From Trichoplax adhaerens (taxonomy: Eukaryota > Animalia > Placozoa): a stretch of 64,000 bases of DNA. Numbering within the stretch: position 1 is the first letter of the stretch; each line of letters begins with the position of its first letter. Under the pieces are notes generated by a model. That model had not been told where the DNA came from, searched no databases, and saw nothing but the letters and a program-made list of their open reading frames with translations. The translations under genes and the position numbers were made by a program. The stretch spans positions 197,872 to 261,871 of the forward strand of contig NW_002060945.1 of the NCBI RefSeq assembly GCF_000150275.1, written 5' to 3'. Below, piece after piece: positions 52,330 to 64,000 of this stretch.

Positions 52330-52983
52330 TACACCACCCACTATGGTACTGCAGTGTAGAAAATGAATTTTTCAATAGTAAGATTTCTTATTGCCTTTAC
52401 TGCTTAGGAGTTGGTGGATTTCCATCATCAATATTCATGATGTATCCTACTCATTTTATAAATTTGGACCGATCTTCTAGCGTGTTTCAATCAGCATTTT
52501 TTTCTGGGGGGGGGGAAATTTCTTTTTAATTCAATTTGAATTGAACTTTTAATCATATTTTTCTTCATTTCTTTGCTAATTTTACAAGTCTTATCTACAG
52601 CAATTCAGATAATCTACTTGCAATACTGTACAACTTCTACTAAGATAATGACTGACACATAAGATTTAATCCATCACTTTAGCCACTCTTGTCGATAGAG
52701 AATAGATGAACAAAGTTCTTAAAAATTTTTCACTGTCATTGCAATTCCACTCGCTATCGATATTCTTAAAATATTTTTCCAAATGGATTGATTGAGGATA
52801 TGACTTCATGTTTACTCGTCGCTCAATCAATCCATCCTTACTGTCTTTCATAGTGGAATTGGAAATGCAATTTTTCATTCGCAATATCCATTCACAGAAA
52901 TAATTTCCGCTTTGAATTTTAAATGCTACAACAGTTGAAATGATTTTTTTTTCTTCTAAATCTGTTGCTTTTGAGTTTCTCAA
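52330..52983 (-). pseudogene. Possible decayed coding fragment
   Basis: A 105-codon open frame with a non-ATG start is followed by protein-like text broken by stops (IAVDKTCKISKEMKKNMIKSSIQIELKRNFPPPEKNAD*NTLEDRSKFIK*VGYIMNIDDGNPPTPKQ*). No family recognised. Confidence 0.3.
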
Positions 52984-54943
52984 TGACTTTTGCTTAAAGG
53001 CTATTTTGCATATAGTTTGACCGCGATAATTTTATCTGAAAAATGGAACAACCACGCCAAAAATAGTAGATACAAGGCAAGAACAGTACTATCGCTTTAT
53101 TAACAACGAGTTCTTTCTCTTATAGGCAATTATATTATTGTGGCTCATCATTTCATAGGACACAAACCTGCATCCATGACGACTGAACTTTTAGAATATC
53201 GACAAGAAGTTTAAAAAGATTATTGTAAGCTGGTGATAGCTAATTGGGGGCGATACCATTTCCAATATCGTCAATAATTAATTATTGAATTAATCTTCGC
53301 CATTCAATCTCCGCTTGAACAAGGTTAGTATGATTAATACAACATCGATACATTATCCTTCGTCAAGTGTTGAATTGTTCTACAATGTTATGGCCTAATC
53401 ATCATCAAATAACTATTCACAGTGACGATATCCTTTTGCCTTGATTAGCACGTAATTATTATTTGGATTATATTAACGATAAACATATGGACGGCTAATT
53501 AGTCCAAAGTGATCCTAATTTGACCCAATTGCATTGAGTATCACTAAATTGAGACATAATGGATAAAAATATGACATAGCAGTACTAATTCCATGGATAC
53601 TTGTATTTAAAGTAGTGCCAAGTGTGAGTATGAATTGAAAAGAACGATTGAAACATGGCGATGAAAAGGATAGTTCAATTCGGATCGATCAATTAGGCAA
53701 TTGTGCAAGTCAAATTGCAGTCTGTTCTTTTCTACATATTGATTCGTTATTCATCGATAGTACTGTACATGCATAATATACTCTTGTTGTTATTTCATCA
53801 ACATTGATGTTAAAATGTTTTCTTCTCCTTGAACCTCCTTTCAATCGATCAATACGTATAACTTTGATTTAGTACGTAAGCAATAGTGGAAGGAAAATTC
53901 TACCATTGTAATAATGTATTACCCTACTAATCATATACCAGTAATCTTTCATTTTGTTTTCTTCTCCCTAATTTGACCATTGTTGCAATTAGATTTGAAA
54001 AGCAGTGATAACTTATAGAATGTTTAATGGAGATGACGTATAACTGAGTTTGTACTTTTTAGTCCACTTGCTAGCGTATTAGAATAGAAATGATCGAGAA
54101 TTGAATACGGATAGGGACAAAAAAATAACGGGAAAAAATAGTAGTTATCAAAAAGTAACTCTTCATTAATAACTACAACGTTATAGAGAGTAATTGACAT
54201 TTATAGTCTAGTATAAACATGACAACTTTTAATAGGATATTATAGCCAAGGATAGAATTTTCGATTTTCTAAATCCATGACAAAGTTGATCATTCAAGTA
54301 GTCAGTGACAAGCTAGGGAGGATTAACCTACACTAATTATCTAATTTCTTTACACGTTTAAATAATTATTCATTTCTAGGTCGATTTTTTGACAGTATCC
54401 ACTCAGTTTTGATCGATTCAACATTATTAAAAGCTTTTACAAAATACGAGTAACATCCTACTCTACTACTTCATAGTAATAAAGAATAGCATGGAAAGAT
54501 TCCATGTGTACATATATAATATATACGATAAGTAAGGAATCAACCAAATGATTGTCTTTGATGGGCTTTCCTTAGGGAATTTCGAATGAAATTACTACAA
54601 ATTTACAATTAAAGATGCTTTTTATCTTAGTTGTAACACTAATTAGAAACTCTTGTGGTATATGAGTGTGTTTTTAAAGTCTTCAAATTGAAATAACAAG
54701 ACATAAGTGGATACGAATTTCTTATTATAACTTTTAATTTAATTGAACATTATTATTATACTTCTATAATCGACTTATGTACCTTTTTTGAATATTATGT
54801 ATTTATAATAAATCATGATAATGAGCTAATGATACATGTGTTAATAAATAGGATACAAAAAATAATATATGTAGAGTACTTTATTTCGTCAGTACTTGAA
54901 TTGGATTTTTTATTTTTCAAAATAGAAGAATTCAAATTTCAAG

Positions 54944-57900
54944 ATGGAAGATTTAAAAACTCAATTAGATGAAAAAACCACTGCATTAAAAAACCTGCAA
55001 CAATATCATGATAAGATGCAAGAAGATGCTAAAGAGGAAACTGAAGCCCTAATTTCTCAAGTTAAAAGTTTACAAGATCAACTACTTGAGGTGAAATATA
55101 ATTATAAAAAGTAAACTGAGTAAAATGTTCTTGACATTTTTGCTTATATAAAGTGAAGCAGTAGTCTTGGTATGGGATGGAAATGGATTTCTTTAAATTA
55201 TTTTTTAATTTAGATATCTTAAAATTAGCTTACTAATTACTTCCTTTAACATTCTCATTGTGTCTCCTGTCATATAATAACGGTTAAAATGGTATTAACG
55301 TCTACTATAGAGACGTATGTAATCATTTTCTCGGTGTTAAGAATAAAAAAAAAGTTCTATCGATTGCCTTTTACTAAATGTTAAATCTATTCTATTATAG
55401 GTGAATGATCTTATGGAAGTAAAAAGTCTAGAAACGCTGAATAGAGATCAAAATGAAACGGATAAACTAGATGCAATGATCAAGCGTAATAAGAATTTGG
55501 AACAAACAATTTCAAACCTTTGGGAAAAGTTAGAACAGAAGAACAATGAATTAAAATCTTTTGTTAATAATAGTGGTAATTATATATCTCCGTTATCCAA
55601 CGCGGAAAACACATTAAATCCTACGCAACAAAGCTTATTAGATTTACCAAGTGCTCAAATATCATTTCAAGCTCTATTATCCAAGTTAATGCTTCCATCT
55701 GATTTACAAACTGATCTATATAATTCATTTCATCAGTACTATAACTCGGTCAGTTGTCTTCACAATTTATTTGAACTAGATGACAACGCCATATTAAAAT
55801 CGGATGGAAAAGACGAAAGTAAAATTGCAACCAATGAAAGTAATACTGATTTAGTTGAAAAGTTAAAATATCGCCTTCAAGGAATCGCAAGCTCGATACA
55901 ATCTATTGCTCAGTATATTTATAAATTAAGTCAAGCGTTAGGTGTGGATGGAATTAAAAATAATCGTAATTTGGATACAGCTAACAGTAAAGATCATGAT
56001 TTAGAAGAAATCAAATCTCAGCTACATCAAAATTATAATGAAATTATCCAGTGGATTTCAATACAGAATTCGTTAGCTGTTGAAAAAATTCAAAAATCAA
56101 AAGACCAACGTATACAACAACTAGAAGAAGCTATTAATAATCAAGATAATCAATTAATTCAATTAAATCAAATGAAAGATAAATTTGAAAACGAATTGCT
56201 AACTCAAGATCGACAAAGTACCAATCATATTGATAAACTAACTCAAAAATTAACCGATTTTAAGGATGAAAATTCTCATTTAAATCGTAAATGCCTAGAA
56301 CTTGAAAGTTTATTAAAAAAGGCTACTGATGACTTTCACCAGAAAAATAAATCGTATGTACAACAGTGTCAAGGTATCCAATTTAAAATTGAGGATATGA
56401 TCGTTACCAATCGACAAGAACTTGATCTACTACAGAAAGAATACGAATTAAATAATTCAATAGATGGCGTAACAGCAGATAGTGGTAACAATTCTATTCA
56501 ATTGCTTGACACCGAAGAAATTAAGATTCAGCGTAAAGAGTCGTTGAAAGAGTTAGAAATGAAATGGGAAGAATTACTTCATAGTGCTAAGATGGAAATT
56601 GTATCACTTAAAGAACAACATAATCATGAAATACAACTTCTTGATGAAAAATATCGTGCAGATGTTGATAAATTACAAAAGAAATTAGAAGATAAGCCAT
56701 TCAATGAAGCTGAAAATAAGAATCAAGAAGAAGAACTAATATCATCTAATTATGGTAATGTTGTACTGCGAAAAAAGAATCGGAAGCAAAATAATATGCG
56801 TCCTTGGAATACTAATATCAAGTCCGATCAAGCCATTAAGTCGGCACTACTGAACGGCGATCAATCACAGCCGTCATCGTCAATAGTTACAGACAAATTG
56901 AATATAAATACTAACCGTATTGAAAATTTAAAAGTGCAATTTCATCAAGAGATCACTAATTTGCTCACTCAAATTGATCGCTTAATTGTTAGTGAAAATG
57001 CAGATAATCAACAATTGCAAGCATGGGCAACTGCAATTCAACAACTTCATACGGTTTATCAAGCTGAAGTGGATCTTTTATTTCAAGAATATAAAATTTT
57101 ACAGCAGTCATTATCGATTGACAAACAACAAATAATTGATAACTTAACTAAGCAACATCATGAAAATATACAAAAATTGAAGGAAACACTTGCTGCTGAA
57201 GCAGCAGAAAATGATTCAGTTAAGAGAAAAGAACTTGAAGATCATTTTAATGAAAATTTGATTAATGTAACTGAAACTATAGAAAAGCAATGTCAACAAC
57301 ATTACAAGGAAGAATTATCTATCATACAGAAACAAATGAATAAAGAAATAGATGACATGAAAAAGAGACATCATCAAGAATGGCTTGATTCACAAGATAA
57401 GGAAATCAATTTTTCATTAGCACTAGAAAATTTATCTGTGGATCAGCAAAATTATCATCAAATATTACTTAAGAAAGAGGATGAAATATCGTCTAGATTG
57501 GAGCAATTTTGCGTTACCGAATTGGAATTGTTGAGAAATAAGTTAAGTACACTTGATGATAAAACATCAATTATCGATCAGTTGCAAGACAGCTTGCTTC
57601 ACTATAAACGTACCATGTTACAATTCATGTTTGAAGAAATACAGAAATATTACCAAAGTCATCAAGATGTAATAAACACATATCATCACAAAGTGGAAGC
57701 AAAAATGATGAATCTATACCAACAAGGTCTGGATAGTGTACGTCAACAACATGAAGATAATATGAAAAAGATAAAAGAGGAAACTACAGCAACTTTAACA
57801 TCACATCATGAAGTAGCTATGGCCCAGTTGAAAGATAATTACCAAAAGGAACTATTAAGTAAGATGGAATCGGCAAGGATCTCTTTAACGGCAAAATTAA

Positions 57901-60482
57901 ATGAACAACATGAAGAAGAATTAAATAATTTACGTAATCATTTGCAAGATACTTATGAAAATAGCATTAGGGTAGCATTGGATGAATTAAAACGAAAAGA
58001 AAAACTATCTCAGGAAAAATTTGATGAAAGAGTTGAAAAAACCGTCGATGAACTACTTGAACAACGATTGATGCAATATAATAATGAAATAAAAAAATTG
58101 CATGATCAAACCATTGATTTGGAGAGAAAGTTAGCCGAGCAACAAAATATCAATGCTTTCGCAAATGTTGAGAACGGCTCTCAGAATGTTGAAATTATTA
58201 CTAACGATACAATAGATAATGCAAATGATCATACTAAAGAAAAATCAAGAGATGTTCAAATGCAAGAAAGTAAATTAACTGATGGAAATGCAGAGGATAT
58301 AAAACCTATAACAGATTTTCCCCGTGACTATCAATCTATCGTCAGCTCAATTGAATATTTACTGAACATTTCGAGATATCATGCGTCTATGGATAGCAAT
58401 AAAGATAGCGATAATAATAATACATTATCATTGTTATTAACAGAAATGGTATTTGAATATCTCAAGAAGTTGGTACGTGGCCAAAAGACTGGAAAGCAAG
58501 AGCTTTCAGAGTCGGAAGTGGAAAAAATTTGTGCTTTAATAGAAGAATTAGAAAAGAAATGGACAAAGATTACACGTGATGATTGGATATCAGTGATTAA
58601 TAGTAGCGCTTTAATATCGTCTCAGAAAGATGATTTTAACCTTTATGATGCTTTACCATACACTTTAACAACACTTAAAAATCTCATATCAAGCAATACG
58701 AATGATACAGATGAAATATCAGTACAGGGAAATGATTCTTCGAAGTTACGTTCACCTCATTATTTGGTGGTAATTCTCGAAACTGTATCTCAGCTTCTAT
58801 TAGTAAACGCTTTGGAATTAGCACTTAATTGCAAATCACTAAGTAACAGTAAAAGTAACAGCAATTATAATGGAGGGCTTGTTACGGTTTCTACTACAGA
58901 AGGTAGACAGTCCTTTCCTCCGTTATATAAAGATTTTATGTTGCAATTAATATCGCAATTGGAATCAATGAAAAAAGACTTAAAACAGGTTCTTGAGTAT
59001 TTTAGTACGATGAATCATGGTACTACTGAAGTTACTGCCTCAACGATGAGGCAATATTTGCAGCCAATGTTGAAGAAAATCATGCAATTTATTGGAGATC
59101 CGACTGTAGTGGAAGAGACGTCTCGTCCTAGACTTGCTGATGAGCATATGAAAGCGCCAACTATTGCAGATAATGGTAAGAATAATAATGGCAGCGTAGA
59201 AGAAATCAATCTGAAAATAGATCGAAAAGTTATAACCTCCAAAAATTTGACAAGGGATCATTTTAATTACCTTGAAGCTATGATTGTTCAAAACTATCAA
59301 TTTGATCGAATACTCGATTTAGAAATTGATAGAAAGTCGGTTGTTTACAGTCAAATTCAACTAGTAGTTGACAAGGAGTGTTTGGCTTTCGAAAAGCGCT
59401 GTAAGGCTCGGTTACAACAACAACTTGATTCAACCTTCACTAGTAATGAAATTAATATTTTAATGGAGCAATGTAATAAAGCTATAAAGGAAATACAAAG
59501 ATACAGAAATCAATTGACGACTGAGTCAAATTCTAAAAGTGTTAATGATTTGAACGTTGCTAAAGAAAAATTTTATTCCGATTTAGTATCGCAAAAACAA
59601 TTTGCAACGTGGCAACGCCACCGTATTGATGATGAAATAATCTGTTCATTAATCATTAAAGAATTGTTTATAATGCAATTAGATCAACTTGGTAAACAAC
59701 AGGAATGCTTGCTTCATAAATTAGAGAAAGATGAAACATTTACTATGCAGCAGAAATCGATTATTAATCAATTGGATGTGTTGGATAGCGATTTGCAACA
59801 AGAGAACCGGTTATTACGAGATTGGTTAGTTGAAGGTGATACATATGGATATAATAACTATACAACTAAGTCAGATCAGTTGGACTATAATTCTTATCCG
59901 TCAAATAGTAGTGATCATTCTACTATATCTTCATATGTATTGATCAATAATATGAGCAAAAAAGGAACGGAATTGAGTTCATATTCTACCGGGCAAAATA
60001 GCGAGCAGGAGAGTAAGGCATATTCTCGAAATGTTAGTGCAAGTACACCGATAGAATCTTCGTTTAAGAGGGTTAGCTTTACATCCCCGGCTCGTTCAAA
60101 CAATAATGTTTCGTCCTGTAAGAGAAGTCCATCAAACGAAGGTAGCCTTAACTTGGGTAGTAAACTAACTGACAGCAGCCTAGCGAGCTCGTCGTTTGGC
60201 TATCATGTCAATGACGCTAATACTTTCTATAGCTCGAAAAGCAGTAGAGATAAATACAGCTATCACTCGATATCCAATATTGCGTCTCCGACTTCAAATG
60301 AATTAAACACTCTTACAAGCTATAATTCTCGAAATCAATCAAATCATAGTCGTTCTAGTCTATATCGTCAACAGAGACTAACTCACAATTCAAAATATTG
60401 GGAAGAAATACAAAACCTTCGTCAAGATCTCGCTCTTCATCAGCATTTGCGGTCACAGCAGGATATATTTAATCTCAAGTAA
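54944..60482 (+). CDS. Large uncharacterised coiled-coil protein (~1740 aa; exons 54944-55090 and 55401-60482) with a Ser/Asn-rich disordered C-terminus
   Basis: Exon MEDLKTQLDEKTTALKNLQQYHDKMQEDAKEETEALISQVKSLQDQLLE|gtgaaa joins in phase 0 to the 5082 nt open frame after the acceptor ctattatag| at 55400. Sequence is rich in E/Q/K/L heptads. The start codon is tentative because upstream coding exons are not excluded. Confidence 0.85.
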
Positions 60483-63196
60483 TGTTGGTTTTCGATTCGA
60501 ACAATAAATCAGAAGGTCAACTTAAAGTTTCGACGCTAGATAATATATTCCAAATTTTTTTAACTAATTAAGTCTTAAACCCATTGAGATTGTTTTTAGT
60601 GTACTAATTAAAAATTAGAGTGGATCTGTTATTCCTGCTAGCTATGCTTGTTGATTGTTTAACGATTGCTATGAAGTGACTATGTAATTTGAAACTATGA
60701 AAGTAGAGAGTGAAATTCGATTACTAAGAAACCTTTTGCATCTGATTGTGGTCGGTATGAAAGTAAGCAAGTGATTATTATATTGTATTTTGTACAAGAT
60801 TTAGCACAAATTTAGATTTTTGCCTACTTAAGCCTCAGCATTTATCATTTATGAGAATGCAGCTTCCATACTGTTCGTTCTATCTTATTGCTATAAATAC
60901 GATATTACGAGCACAGACTATAGTAGAGAAACTTTATTTCCGCACCTGTTGATGTTCTTGTATCATGTGTTGGCAATTATCATTCAATAATGATTATAAA
61001 CCAGACATCTAAAATTGTTACCGCTATCATGAGTACTTTATAAAAATTTTTCATGTACGGCTTGATTTCAGAATTGTGTAAAAAGGCTATTAAGTTAAAG
61101 ATTTGACAGTAGTATTCCCGCTATAGAATCATAGTTTTGGTTGCAATTTCTTTAACGGCGATAAAGAATAATGATTCACACATGATAAGAACTGATTTAG
61201 ATACCCATGTAAGTTACGTACAAAGTTTATACGATTTTATGATAATTATTATATTTTAGAGTTGTAAATAGGCATTTTAAACCATAAAGCCTGTCAGTAT
61301 TATTATTGCATATATTGTATTACACTTTCAACTGTTTATTTCCGTATAATTTTTTGTGAGGTAAAGTTAAATTTACCTCGCTTCGTGCAACTGCTAACTC
61401 GAACAGTTTAATTTGGTTTAATAGTGCTAAGCAAAATTGTAGCTAGCAGTTTGCTCTGCCTATCAAAGCAAATTTTCCTGTAAGTATATTTAATAGTAAA
61501 GAAACTACTGTTTCTGAACTAAAGCATTTCTTCCTCACTTTTAAAATTACATATATATTAAGTCTATACAAATATTTGATGAGATATGCAAAGTTAAAAG
61601 TTTTATTCACATTTTCTTTCATCTTTAAAGAAACCAATGGTAAACAGCTGCGAAAGTTACTAAAGTAATAAATATGCAATCTTCTACCCAGAGTAATGTT
61701 GTAGATGTTGTTTGTGGTGAGGATAACTGGTTCTCAGTTCAAAGCGATAAGGCTATTTTTTGCTGTACTAGGATTTACAAGAAAGAAAAATACCTAAAAA
61801 GTATCTATAATGTACTACTGTGTTGAGTTATAAGTCACTGCGGCAGAGGATTACCTCATTTTTGTCTCTTTAGAACAGTCCTGTCTTATATTGCATGAAA
61901 TTGTATTTGATTTGGGCAATTAGTGGACATGCACGTACATGCTTATCGATACCAGCTTTAGTACCTATTACATGCATCGTCTAAATTTTTATCAAGTAGC
62001 AAGTGAATATGCAGATACCTAGATCGTACTGTATACATGTGTGTGCGTCCATCTATAAACATGAATCAGGTAATTTGCTTTCTATACTCATTTCCAACTT
62101 GATACCAAACATAGGATATATATGTGTAGGATGAAGTTTGTGTTTTTGTTGAAAGCAAATTCACTATAAAATCAGCTAGAATGGCAGCTAACCGATTTGC
62201 TATTAGTTAAAGCACAACTGATATTCAATCACTGTTACATAATTTGGATAAATTGATAAAAGTATGCACTAAATCAGTAAATGACGTGCATAATGTAATT
62301 AACTCTTCATCAGCTGCATCCCGGTAATCATTGGATTCTTTGCTGCATAAACAAAAAAATTACTTTTATTTAGGATAGTTATCGGAAATCAGTAGACAAA
62401 TTGTAGATTAATTGAACGTTTCCAGATCAATTAAATGATTTAAAAGGCTAGTTTAATAAAATGGTGCATTTACATTCATTTTGTTAGTTGTTAGTTCGCA
62501 TAGTAGTTGCTACTATTACGATATTATTGAATCAATTTTATCTTCTATTCCTTTAAGGTCATTCCTCTATGCTTTGTTAGCATAACATAATTTAATCTTA
62601 ACAAACGTAGAAACTAGCTCGTTATTTAAATAAATTTTATCATTTACGATATTCAGTTAGCTATGATTTCTTGCTGAGCATGATTATCCTCTTCACAGCG
62701 GTCAAGAAATTGGCAATCCAGATCAAAGAGGAAGTATTTTAAGATCTACGATTTTACTGACTTCAGCTAGTCTCAAAGTTTGTGTATTTTATTACGTTAC
62801 TTGCTTTTATTTGACACTAAAAGCAAGAACTGTTCGCAGCAACAATGTTCTCTACTATTTTATAAGAAAATTTTCTCTTCACTAATCGTAAACTAGCCGT
62901 GATTAAGCACTTTGGCAGTCGTTAAGAAATTAACAATCCAGCGCAAAATAGGAGGTATTAATTGGTCCAGATTACATTACCCTGTCATGGAATTTATGTA
63001 TATTATTTCTTCTTATTGAATACTAAAATAATAACAACCGTTTTATAACAATAACGTATTTTAGTATTAGAAAAAAATTAAAAAAACTGTTAGTCAGACT
63101 GGCATCTATTGAATCTGATTTGAATTTGTATATTGTAATTAATTATTCTAATTTGTGTTGATTGATTGGCCATAGTATGGCTAAATTAGCTTGAAA

Positions 63197-63317
63197 TTAA
63201 TTAAGATTAATTGTGATAGTTTCTGTTGTTATTATCTTAGCATTGTTATTTAAATAAGATTGTAGAATGGTATCATTGTCGTGGATAGTAGATCTATTTT
63301 CCTCATCGGCGTCGCTC
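63197..63317 (-). CDS. Possible terminal coding exon of a minus-strand gene extending beyond the window
   Basis: Acceptor tttttatatcaatag| followed by the frame SDADEENRSTIHDNDTILQSYLNNNAKIITTETITINLN*. No homology recognised. Confidence 0.3.
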
Positions 63318-64000
63318 CTATTGATATAAAAATTAAATTGTTCCGTTAGGCATCAACGCTACGCTATAAGCTACTAAAAGCGTTGTAGCTGTTATGGAAA
63401 CCCCATCGATTGAATATAAATGGTAGTAAATTATACATATTAATTATCTAATCGCTGTTCTTATAGATGTGTAGTACACTTTATCAATCGTTCTATAGGT
63501 TAATATATTTTTTATTGTATGCCAAGAACACTGAATAGCTTTGAAGGTTGAATTAATGCTTAAAGCTATAAACTATTATACGGTTGTATAGTAGACTCGA
63601 GAGGAAAGGAGAAGGAAACATATATTGATATCGGTACAAGAAACGCTAAAAATAACTCAAATCTTGGTAAGTTTGCTCATTTTACTAGATAGAAACTACA
63701 GTTGGAATTGAATACTACTTTCTATGTTAACAACATGGATATATGAGCGGCGAAAAACATGCTGTAATTATTTTGTCTATGTAGAAAATTGAACTTAAGC
63801 TGCATCACACCTTGTATTTCCTTTTTCATTACCGCTACGACATACAACAAATTATGATAGCATGGGCTGGTAGAATTAGTATCGATTTTAATATCGACCT
63901 AGCATCATACTAATGCTTGGAAATTACATTGTTATGCCTCTTCCGTCATGATAACTAAGTTAATTATTAGTTTAGTTCTATCTTCTAAGCTTGAGATTCA

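Noticed and set aside
55364-55379. GCCTTTTACTAAA, matching U5 snRNA loop 1
   Set aside because: No flanking stem or Sm site. It lies at the branch-point position of the intron before the giant exon.

Overview
Eukaryotic, AT-rich animal genomic DNA with many short GT-AG introns. Composition, intron sizes and gene content suggest a placozoan such as Trichoplax; this is an inference. Genes reconstructed by hand splicing: the last five exons of a CFAP221/PCDP1-like ciliary gene (+, ending at 1351); a single-exon divergent class A GPCR (-); a 12-exon ABCF2 (+); a GT31 beta-1,3-glycosyltransferase of B3GNT type (-); a 20-exon IGF2BP/IMP RNA-binding protein gene with 2 RRM and 4 KH domains (-, 26932-40149, 7.6 kb first intron); and a ~1740-aa coiled-coil protein encoded mostly by one 5.1 kb exon (+). 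A possible terminal exon of a further minus-strand gene lies near the right end. Non-coding features include a 1.6 kb higher-order satellite with a self-complementary ~100 bp monomer, tandem duplications of 82, 172 and ~240 bp, GTAC/TACAG-rich tracts at gene 5' ends, two strong hairpins, and several decayed coding-like fragments. A ~22 kb nearly non-coding stretch surrounds the IGF2BP first exon. No tRNA, rRNA, CRISPR array or intact transposon was recognised.
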